Shown: positions 23,601 to 35,400 of the stretch, one piece after another | How the letters are laid out: every line of letters begins with the position of its first letter | How positions within the stretch are numbered: the stretch's first letter is position 1 | Assembly: GCA_002269645.1 (NCBI GenBank) | Contig: NIVC01003003.1 | Location: forward strand, 30,042 to 94,041 | DNA: 64,000 nucleotides | From: Macrostomum lignano | Taxonomy: Eukaryota | Direction of reading: 5' to 3' | Made by a program: the position numbers and the translations under genes | The notes under the pieces: model-generated | Told to the model about the DNA's origin: nothing | The model's database searches: none | Seen by the model: only the letters and a program-made list of their open reading frames with translations

Positions 23601-26600
23601 ATCGAGCTGCACAGAATTGCCAATGTGTTTCTAGTTTCTGGGTTCGGCGTGACTTTCAGTTTGAAACATTGTATAACTTGCATTGTTGGGGGTGAAAAGT
23701 TAATATTAACACCATTTGTTTCTAAGTTTCCATTTTAAGCATTGTGCAGTTTAGGGATGCTGCAGCTGGATGCTGCAGTTTAGGGATGCTGCAGTTTAGG
23801 GATGCTGCAGTTTAGGGATGCTGCAGTTTAGGGATGCTGCAGTTTAGGGATGCTGCAGTTTAGGGATGCTGCAGTTTAGGGATGCTGCAGTTTAGGGATG
23901 CTGCAGTTTAGGGATGCTGCAGTTTAGGGATGCTGCAGTTTAGGGATGCTGCAGTTTAGGGATGCTGCAGTTTAGGGATGCTGCAGTTTAGGGATGCTGC
24001 AGTTTAGGGATGCTGCAGTTTAGGGATGCTGCAGTTTAGGGATGCTGCAGTTTAGGGATGCTGCAGTTTAGGGATGCTGCAGTTTAGGGATGCTGCAGTT
24101 TAGGGATGCTGCAGTTTAGGGATGCTGCAGTTTAGGGATGCTGCAGTTTAGGGATGGTGCAGTTTAGGGATGCTGAAGTTTAGGGATGCTGCAGTTTAGG
24201 GATGCTGCAGTTTAGGGATGCTGCAGTTTAGGGATGCTGCAGTTTAGGGATGCTGCAGTTTAGGGATGCTGCAGTTTAGGGATGCTGCAGTTTAGGGATG
24301 GTGCAGTTTAGGGATGCTGCAGTTTAGGGATGCTGCAGTTTAGGGATGCTGCAGTTTAGGGATGCTGCAGTTTAGGGATGCTGCAGTTTAGGGATGCTGC
24401 AGTTTAGAGATGGACAGTTCAACGATCGTTATAGCTGGGCTTGTAAAATTCCAAGATTGTGATTGTTAATCTTGTTGAGTTGAGCCTCAAACAGATGAAG
24501 AAAACAAAGATGCAGCGGCCAGCATCCACAGGCACGTGAAATGAACCACGTCCGATGCCCTGACGGTGTTGAATACTGTTGACAGCAGCTTGCGTGCATT
24601 CAGGCATATTTCGAAACGGCTCAACCAGAGATCAATTGAGCTGCCAAATCAAAAGACAAACATCATCTTTCAAACGGATTATGACTGCCGACCATCTGTC
24701 GCAAAATACGTTTGCGGTTTGCTACAAATTTCGTGGGAAATTGGCGGAAATGCGATCGGGAAAACAGGATTTAGTAAGATTTTAAACTGAATTCTGTACT
24801 CGCCCGTATTCGGCTTGAAATGTAATACACGAAACCGACCCGAAAGCTGCAAGACAGAGAGAGAGCTAGAAAAGAAATCCACCGAAAAAAAACATTTTTG
24901 TTCTCTATTATATAGTCTTCTCCATTTCCAGTGGCTGGCTTGCATCAAGGCCTGCTGCTGCTGCTGGTGGTAGCGAAGAAAAATATGGCCTTCTGACTGG
25001 CGGTTGCTTGACTTCTTGCTTTTGCACAGGCGTGGCTGGGGCTTTTGCAATCGCGGATTGAAACGGGCGAAGAGCCGCCTCGTGACTGACAAGCTGAATA
25101 TTTGCTAGAATATTGCGCTACACAAAATCCAGCTCGTAGGTATCAGAAACGCGTGGGGGAGACACGACCTACATGGTGGATGCTTAGATATTGTATTTCC
25201 TAGATTCTGTGTTGCAGTTCTTGCAAGAGCGAAACGTTTCTGTCACCCTGGCGGCAGTATTTTAATGCTATTATATTTTACTTTCGATTGGCACCATTCA
25301 AATTACAACTCCTGAACAAACTGCTCCTGAACAAACTGCTCCTGAACAAACTCACTCCTGAACAAACTGCTCCTGAACAAACTGCTCCTGAACAAACTGC
25401 TCCTGAACAAACTGCTCCTGAACAAACTGCTCCTGAACAAACTGCTCCTGAACAAACTGCTCCTGAACAAACTGCTCCTGAACAAACTGCTCCTGAAAAA
25501 ACTACTCCTGAACAAACTACTCCTGAACAAACTACTCCTGAACAAACTGCTCCTGAACAAACTGCTCCTTAAAAACTGCTTAAACCCCAATCTACAGTCC
25601 CCAATCTGCAGTCCATAAACTGCACCATCCCTAAACTGCACCATCCCTAAACTGCACCATCCCTAAACTGCAGCATCCCTAAACTGCACCATCCCTAAAC
25701 TGCAGCATCCCTAAACTGCAGCATCCCTAAACTGCAGCATCCCTAAACTGCAGCATCCCTAAACTGCAGCATCCCTAAACTGCAGCATCCCTAAACTGCA
25801 CCATCCCTAAACTGCACCATCCCTAAACTGCAGCATCCCTAAACTGCAGCATCCCTAAACTGCAGCATCCCTAAACTGCAGCATCCCTAAACTGCAGCAT
25901 CCCTAAACTGCAGCATCCCTAAACTGCAGCATCCCTAAACTGCAGCATCCCTAAACTGCAGCATCCCTAAACTGCAGCATCCCTAAACTGCAGCATCCCT
26001 AAACTGCACCATCCCTAAACTGCAACCATCCCTAAACTGCAACCATCCCTAAACTGCACCATCCCTAAACTGCACCATCCCTAAACTGCAACCATCCCTA
26101 AACTGCAGCATTTCTAAACTGCAGCATCCCTAAACTGCACCATCCCTACAAACTGCAGTCCTTTCAACCACATAGCCATGCAAGTCCTCAATATCATTCT
26201 AAGTAACAGCGTTTCAAACTCTCTGCACAGAAAATTCAATGAAACCAAAAGCAATTTGCCAACATCTGTTTTTGGCAGCAACGCGTTCATCTCTTAATCT
26301 TCTTCTCATCAACAAGCGCCCCACCCCTAGTGGTGCACGCACTGAAAGCTCCGTGCACAGCTGAGCATATCTGAGCCAGCCCAGGGATTTGCAGTTATAC
26401 CTTGTGCATCGTATCCTTCTCACCCCGAGGGCAGTGTCCGGCCACTGTCCGACTCCGCGGATGGACAGCACTTCAACACGGTGAACCTTCCCCAGCCCGC
26501 CTCTGGCAATAATGCGAATCGTACAAGTTTCTCCCCCTCTTCTGTTTGCTGCTGTGTAGGCTAACCCTCTCCTAGTAGAACCGATCAGAAATGGATAAGG

Positions 26601-26908
26601 GGTGGGAAGAACCTTGAAGAGCGTGAGTGAGTGTGTGTGCCTTGGGGGGGGGGGCGAGACAGAGTTTCGCGCCCAACGGGCTCAAAATTTTCCTGTGTGT
26701 TTTTCCTCTTCTTTTCTGCTTCTTCTTCTGCTTCTGCTTAGCAGTCTTCTGCTTTTTTCTTCAGCCTACTGTTGGAACGGCGAGAACAGGTTTTCTTCAT
26801 TTCTTGCTGCTTCTCGCTCTCTCTCTCTCTGTCTCTCTTTCTTTTGGCAAATTTAGTGGAAGCAACTTGCTAAGCGTGGAACACAAAAAAATCGATTCGT
26901 CGAAAAGC

Positions 26909-26954
<46 letters not shown>

Positions 26955-29900
26955 TCAACCGGCTCTCCTCAACCCCAGAGGGAAACCAGCCAGCCACCCC
27001 CCATACAGACTTAGTAGAACTTCATTGCTTGCTTTTCCTCCCCATATCTTCTTAGAGACCTCAAACTGCTTTAATTCCTGCATTATTCTCTGCCCCGATC
27101 TCTCGTCTCTGTCTGTCTGTTTGGCTGTGTCTCCGACCCCATTCTCTATCGATAGTCAAGATAGTTTAAGCGGCACTTAGAAGCCCCCCACTCCAACACC
27201 CCGTCTCCACCTCTCCCCCCCACCAACTTCTCAAATGGAGAACCTTCGTCTCACTCAATTTTAATCCTTCCCCTCTTCCCTGGGGTCATTAATTTTTTGT
27301 CTTTGCTCTGCGAGGATATTTAAAATAAGTTTAGATTATACAATATGTATACACATGTGAGGAATCTTTGTTCTGCAAACTAAAATATAGTGTACAAAGA
27401 AAAGATTTAGAACAAAGATTTAGTATATTTAGATTCTCACCTCCCCGTGGGGTCTGTCATAAACAGGACTATTACTTTACTAGTGTTAATAATATTACCT
27501 TAGCAGTTGAAGACTTGGTTGGGGTTAGAAAAATCAGGTGCAGTGACGACACCACCCCGGTTAATGAGGCAACCAATTCTTTCTAAATACCGTTCCGCTA
27601 ATCCCCGATCCCCCGCTGAAAGTGAATTGCTGCCCACAGCCCCCCCCCCCAATTCAGCAGCCTCTTCGTGTTCCCCTGCTCTGTCTCTCTCTCTCTCTTT
27701 TTGTTATTTCTGCTCCTAGGGGCACTAATTGGCTACAGTTCCCTCTCTCCTTCTCTCCGCGCATATATATATATTTCAGGGATTTAGGATTGCAAGGTCT
27801 AGCACAGGAACGGCCCCCAACCAGTCCCGCTGACTGACCCCACCTGTTAATGGTAGGCAGGACTGTGCAGAAGCAGCAGTAGCCACGGGTTAAAGAGAAC
27901 TAATCTCCAACAAGGCTGGAAAACACCCAGCTCCCTCCCCTGCCTCGAATAAGTTAAGAAAATTGACGTCTGAAGGTCTGAAGACCAATCTTTTTTATGA
28001 ATCCTCTTCGCCCACATCCTCATTACTGAAGCGATTAGAGGGGGGGTGCGCCTCTACCCACCATATTTTTGGGTGTGAGATTTTGTGAGGGGATCGTAAC
28101 GGCGAGGCAGTGTTCGAGGTTAAGGGTTTTGTCAATCAACAGTGACACTGCTTCCAATTCTACTTTGCAGCTCTTTTCGCTAAGCAAGGATATGCAAAAT
28201 AATTGATATGCATTCGATAATCCAGGGTTTCTTTATCTAGCTAAATTAATACTTCGATTGCGACTGCTTCTCTCTGCAAACTCTGATACCTATCTCACTC
28301 TATCTCTCCTTATCTCACTCTATCTCTCCCTATCTCACTCTATCTCTCCCTATCTCACTCTATCTCTCCCTATCTCACTCTATCTCTCCCTATCTCACTC
28401 TATCTCTCCCTATCTCACTCTATCTCTCCCTATCTCACTCTATCTCTCCCTATCTCACTCTATCTCTCCCTATCTCACTCTATCTCTCCCTATCTCACTC
28501 TATCTCTCCCTATCTCACTCTATCTCTCCCTATCTCACTCTATCTCTCCCTATCTCACTCTATCTCTCCCTATCTCACTCTATCTTGTGTTTCACTCCAT
28601 CGCTTCGTCTCACTCTCCAAGTCCCTCTCCAACCCGCAGGTCTACGGCCAAGCAGACTCCGGTCCTCCATCGTACCCCGGATCCAGCTCGGCCGTTAGCA
28701 AGCTGCAGATGCAACAGCAGCACCATCATCACCACCATCAGCAGCAGCAGCATCCGCCTCCGCTGTACTCAGCCGAGTCGCATCACTACTTCGGCAGCAT
28801 GGACCATCAGCAGCAGCCGCCGCCGCCCCAGCCCGACCATTTCTATCAAAGCGACGGCGGAGGCGCCGGGGCGTTCTACTCGCACGATCCGCTTGGCGCT
28901 TTCACGGACGCTTATCAGCGCGCGTTCGGCGGCAATGGAGCTTCACCGCCGCCGCCGCCGCCGCCGCCGCCTGCGACAGGCTCAACTGGTGGCGTTAACG
29001 GCGCCGGTGGCTCGTCGCAAGCGTCAACCCCGCAGCCGGTCGGTTATTCGTCTAGCGCAGTTGAGCTGAGCGCAGTGACCGCCGGCGGCCCGGCAGTGCC
29101 GCAGCAGCAGAGAGACGGCTCATCATCGGGCGGCTCGTCTGGCTGGAGCCACTCGTTCGACGGCGCCGGCGGTGGCCATTCGGTAAGATATATAATAGAT
29201 ACCTAGATACCTAGCTAGATACCTAGCGTCTTGAGTCTCTAGATACCTAGCGTCTTGAGTCTCTAGATACCTAGCGTCTTGAGTCTCTAGATACCTAGCG
29301 TCTTGAGTCTCTAGATACCTAGCGTCTTGAGTCTCTAGATACCTTCTGTCTTGAGTCTCTAGATACCTAGTGTCTTGAGTCTCTAGATACCTAGCGTCTT
29401 GAGTCTCTGGATACCTAGCGTCTTGAGTCTCTAGATACCTAGCGTCTTGAGTCTCTAGATACTTAGCGTCTTGAGTCTCTAGATACCTTGTGTATTGAGT
29501 CTCTAGATACCTTGTGTCTTGAGTCTTTAGATACCTAGCGTCTTGAGTCTCTAGATACCTAGCGTCTTGAGTCTCTAGATACCTAGTCTCTAAAATCTCA
29601 AGTTTCTAAACATCTAGCACACCCCGAGACATCTAGCAAAATTGTTCATAGTCAGGATTTGTATAACGATTAATGTCATCAATTGATAAATCCTTGTTTC
29701 CTTTGATCGCTCCTCAGGACTCGCTCGTCGCTTTGAGACCTGACATCTACGGCTATGCGCAGCCTCATCAGATGCTGCCCTATGGAGCCAGCTCCTATCA
29801 GGTGAGACTCAACATACCCGTATACTCACTCACGAAAATATGCTAACCCGGTTCATTTAAACAGCATCATCACTACCCGTGTCCTTATCCAGCATCATCC

Positions 29901-32332
29901 CCACCCGTGTCCTTATCCAGCATCATCACCACCCGTGTCCTTATCCAGCATCATCACCACCCGTGTCCTTATCCAGCATCATCCCCACCCGTGTCCTTAT
30001 CCAGCATCATCACCACCCGTGTCCTTATCCAGCATCATCCCACCCGTGTCCTTATCCAGCATCATCCCCACCCGTTTCCTTATCCAGCATCATCACTACC
30101 CGTGTCCTTATCCAGCATCATCACTACCCGTGTCCTTATCCAGCATCATCACCACCCGTGTCCTTATCCAGCATCATCCCCACCCGTTTCCTTATCCAGC
30201 ATCATCCCCACCCGTGTCCTTATCCAGCATCATCCCACCCGTGTCCTTATCCAGCATCATCCCCACCCGTGTCCTTATCCAGCATCATCCCACCCGTGTC
30301 CTTATCCAGCATCATCCCCACCCGTTTCCTTATCCAGCATCATCCCCACCCGTGTCCTTATCCAGCATCATCACCACCCGTGTCCTTATCCAGCATCATC
30401 CCCACCCGTGTCCTTATCCAGCATCATCCCACCCGTGTCCTTATCCAGCATCATCCCCACCCGTTTCCTTATCCAGCATCATCCCCACCCGTGTCCTTAT
30501 CCAGCATCATCCCCACCCGTGTCCTTATCCAGCATCATCCCCACCCGTGTCCTTATCCAGCATCATCACCACCCGTGTCCTTATCCAGCATCATCACTAC
30601 CCGTGTCCTTATCCAGCATCATCCCCACCCGTTTCCTTATCCAGCATCATCACTACCCGTGTCCTTATCCAGCATCATCACCACCCGTGTCCTTATCCAG
30701 CATCATCCCACCCGTTTCCTTATCCAGCATCATCCCCACCCGTGTCCTTATCCAGCATCATCACCACCCGTGTCCTTATCCAGCATCATCACCACCCGTG
30801 TCCTTATCCAGCATCATCCCCACCCGTGTCCTTATCCAGCATCATCCCACCCGTGTCCTTATCCAGCATCATCCCACCCGTGTCCTTATCCAGCATCATC
30901 CCCACCACCCGTGTCCTTATCCAGCATCATCCCCACCCGTTTCCTTATCCAGCATCATCCCCACCCGTGTCCTTATCCAGCATCATCACCACCCGTGTCC
31001 TTATCCAGCATCATCCCCACCACCCGTGTCCTTATCCAGCATCATCCCCACCCGTTTCCTTATCCAGCATCATCCCCACCCGTGTCCTTATCCAGCATCA
31101 TCCCCACCCGTGTCCTTATCCAGCATCATCACCACCCGTGTCCTTATCCAGCATCATCCCCACCCGTGTCCTTATCCAGCGTCATCCCCACCCGTGTCCT
31201 TATCCAGCATCATCCCACCCGTTTCCTTATCCAGCATCATCCCCACCCGTGTCCTTATCCAGCATCATCACCACCCGTGTCCTTATCCAGCATCATCCCC
31301 ACCCGTGTCCTTATCCAGCATCATCACCACCCGTGTCCTTATCCAGCATCATCCCACCCGTTTCCTTATCCAGCATCATCCCCACCCGTGTCCTTATCCA
31401 GCATCATCACCACCCGTGTCCTTATCCAGCATCATCCCACCCGTGTCCTTATCCAGCATCATCCCCACCCGTGTCCTTATCCAGCATCATCACCACCCGT
31501 GTCCTTATCCAGCATCATCCCCACCCGTTTCCTTATCCAGCATCATCCCCACCCGTGTCCTTATCCATTTGCACGGAAGAAACTCCATCAAGACGAAAAC
31601 TGTGAACCATTTCTCCAACAAAAAATGTCAGACACAAATTCCAATTTCATTTTCTATTGTTGGCTTATGCATAAAAAAGAGTTAATTGACGGCAGGGTCA
31701 ATGCCTCAACTTGACATCCGGTACCCAGATGGTCAGCGGGTCGCTATGCCGCTATTAGGCGGAACCGAATCTTATTAGATGAGGCTGTTAGCTGGGTGGC
31801 CGAGGCAATATTTTTCTCTAAATTTTCCTGGGGATCGATTTCCATTTCTTCTTCCCATTTTCACCTAACCCTCCCGACCAGGAACCCATCCAGTTTTTCA
31901 TTTATCGAAGCCATCCATTCAAGATATCAGCGGCAGTTTTGGGGGCAGTTCGAATTCCCTATGGGAGGCTGGGCGCGAAAATAAACAAGTGCCAATTTGG
32001 ATTTCTTTCGTCATCGAGCGCGCGCGGCGGCGGGGGCAGCGGCGGTGCGGGGTGTCAAGTGGCGATGCCAGATGTCGCGCTTCAATGTCAGTCACTCCCG
32101 CTGGGCGTCACGGGCGGCGGCAGCGGGGGGGGGGCAATGGGGCCGACTGGTTTCGAATAAGATTTTTTTCCTAATTGGCCGCCTTTTCCGCATCAGCTTG
32201 CGTGGCGCGAATGTTCAGGCTCTTCAGAAATCATCAGGGAGGAAGACGGTTGCGCTTTGTGATCCCGACTTAGTTGCTAAGGCTAGGGCTTTTCTCGGCT
32301 TGTCTGTCCTGCTGTCTTTGTTTCTGTCTGGC

Positions 32333-32408
<76 letters not shown>

Positions 32409-35400
32409 AGTGCATCAGTCATTGCAGTCTCCCTATTCTAGAAAAGCCAAACAGGCATACAATAAATCTATCTTCCTCCAAATATCGTGTTGCAGCCGTC
32501 GGCCTGCGCCCCGCATTCCGGTACAAGCATGGCCCAGCATCATCAGCATCATCATCAGCAGCAGCAGCATCAGACTCTGCCGCCAGCCTCGGCTCAGCAG
32601 TCGCAGACTCGATCCTCCGCTCTGCCAGCCAAGCAGGCCAAGCTGCCCCAGTCGGCCGCCGCGATGTCGCAGGCTTCGCCGTCGGCGGCTGTTGACGAAT
32701 TCGACGGCGGCGCCGGTATCGGCGGCGTCACGGCGAAGGGCCTCGCCATGGTGCAGCAGCAGCTCCACGCCCTGTCCGGCATGGCCTCGTCCTCGTCGGA
32801 GAAAAGCGTCGGCCAGGCGGTGAAACGGCGCGGCGGGCCCAGCAGTGCGGCGACGTCGATTAGCGACGACGAGGACGACGACTTCGGGCTGAGCCCGGAG
32901 GAGAAGCAGCAGCGGGAGAAGGCCCGGCGCTATGCCAACAACGCCAGGGAGAGGTGAGCGCGACCTTTTTGTGAGCAGTTTTCGATCTGCTCAAGTTTGA
33001 GTGCGTTTTTATTTAGAACAGTTCAACAGATTTTGAGTGGATCGAATTCGCACAAGTTGATTTTCGGGTAGACTGTGAATAGGTCTGTGTAGATTGTGGG
33101 TATCTGAGTAGATCTGAGTAGATTGTGAGCAGATCTTCGGGTAGATTGTGAGTAGATCTTCGGGTAGATTGTGAGTAGATCTTCGGGTAGATTGGGAGTA
33201 GATGTTCGGATAGATTGTGAGTAGATCTTCGGGTAGATTGTGAGTAGATCTTCGGGTAGATTGGGAGTAGATGTTCGGATAGATTGTGAGTAGATCTTCG
33301 GGTAGATTGTGAGTAGATAGTCGGGTAGATTGTGAGTAGATGTTCGGGTAGATTGTGAGTAGATCTTCGGGTAGATTGGGAGTAGATAGTCGGGTAGATT
33401 GTGAGTAGATGTTCGGGTAGATTGTGAGTAGATCTTCGGGTAGATTGTGAGTAGATCTTCGGATAGATTGTGAGTAGATCTTCGGGTAGATTGTGAGTAG
33501 ATAGTCGGGTAGATTGTGAGTAGATGTTCGGGTAGATTGTGAGTAGATCTTCGGGTAGATTGGGAGTAGATGTTCGGATAGATTGTGAGTAGATCTTCGG
33601 GTAGATTGTGAGTAGATAGTCGGGTAGATTGTGAGTAGATGTTCGGGTAGATTGTGAGTAGATCTTCGGGTAGATTGTGAGTAGATCTTCGGGTAGATTG
33701 TGAGTAGATCTTCGGGTAGATTGGGAGTAGATGTTCGGATAGATTGTGAGTAGATCTTCGGGTAGATTGTGAGTAGATCTTCGGGTAGATTGTGAGTAGA
33801 TCTTCGGGTAGATTGTGAGTAGATAGTCGGGTAGATTGTGAGTAGATGTTCGGATAGATTGTGAGTAGATCTTCGGGTAGATTGTGAGTAGATAGTCGGG
33901 TAGATTGTGAGTAGATGTTCGGGTAGATTGTGAGTAGATCTTCGGGTAGATTGTGAGTAGATCTTCGGGCAAATCTTGACTAGATTGTTGAGCAGATATT
34001 GTATCAGGTGTTCATGTAGTTTGTGGATCTACCTGTGATTGGGTTTGCTAAGAGACTATTAGGCAGACCTGAATCAGAACGCTACAGAACCTCTGCCCGC
34101 TATTCCTGCGTCAAGACTCCGCGTCAAAGACATCAATGACGCCTTCAAGGAGCTCGGGCAGATGGTCGATATGCACACGGGGAACAGCCAGCCCCTGACT
34201 AAGCTGATGGTGCTGCAGCAGGCTGTAGGCATCATCACTGCCTTGGAGCAGCAAGTCAGAGGTGACCAAGCACAGCAGTGGAATTTGCAGTGTCGCATGG
34301 ACTGCGTTTGATCCCTTATCCCAGTTGCTAACCTCTGCTAACAGTGTCTAAAGCTAAGCCTGGAAGTTCCGGGTTCCTCAAAACAGGATACAATACTCGT
34401 ATTTGAATAGAATTGTCTTTTTAAAGTTGAGACTGGCCTAGTTGTAGCCAAGTTATAGCAGAAGAAAAGAATATTTTACAATCACACTGCATGCGCAATA
34501 ATAGGGGAAATATGAGCATTACAGAATTCGGGATATAATCGGTATATTTCTCAACTCCGTGAACTAATTGCCCGACAACTTCCTGGCTAGGGGGAGCAGC
34601 AGATGTTTTTTGCCCCCACGGGAAGCAAAAGTGAAAGCAGAAATCGTGCTAAAAATTGTATAAAAAATTATCCTCCCCCAATCTCCCCAAATATGAAGTC
34701 GTTCCCTCAATTTCCCGCCCGCGTCTGTGTTTGGTGCAACTTTTTTCCCTCAAACAATTGGATAAAATTATCCTCGAGAACAGGGCTTCGTGAAAATTGG
34801 AAAATTATTGGCTGCCAATTTTGTTATAATTGGGCAATTTTTGATAACACCGGCAATTTCCATGCAGGCCCAGTTTTCTTCTGAAGTAGACTCGAGGCAG
34901 CGAGGCGGGCCCAATTATAGGAAATTATCCTTTCAGCCTTTAGTAAAAATTCCTCAAAGTGCCAAGTTGCCATTGCTGCCTTTGTTAACTGCATGCCTAA
35001 CTGTCTTCTTTATGTCCTCCAATCTCAACATACTCTCTCAATCAGATCTCACTCTTTTCTCCAATCTCAGTCCAATCTCAACCTGTCCTTGTCTTTAAGT
35101 CCAATCTCACCCTTCTCTCCTCTCCCAGTCCAATCTCGCTCTCCTATACCAGTCTAATCTTATTCTCCTATCTCACTCCTCTCAGTCCGATCTCACTTTC
35201 CCATCTAAGTCTAATCTCACTCCTCTCAGTCCGATCTCACCCTTAAACTTCCATCGAATCCTATGCATGATTTTTTCTGTTAAATTCAATTGCTTGCAAT
35301 CGTTTGCCGTGTCATAAATCATCTGTCAGAGTTCGAGTTCGGGACATCAACGGAGCATTCAAGGAGCTGGGCCGTATGACCATGATGCACCTGAAAACCG

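Noticed and set aside
23744-26156. TSD for the foldback structure
   Set aside because: The flanks of the outermost TAGGGATG/CATCCCTA (GTGCAGTT vs CAAACTGC) are not direct repeats, so it was not called a hAT element.
23745-26157. TTTAGGG heptamers as an interstitial telomere
   Set aside because: The heptamer is only part of a 16-bp unit and is never directly tandem.
29879-31714. Three overlapping ORFs of 556-611 aa
   Set aside because: They translate a 27/28-bp tandem repeat that lacks stops in all + frames and lies inside a phase-compatible intron of the E-protein gene.
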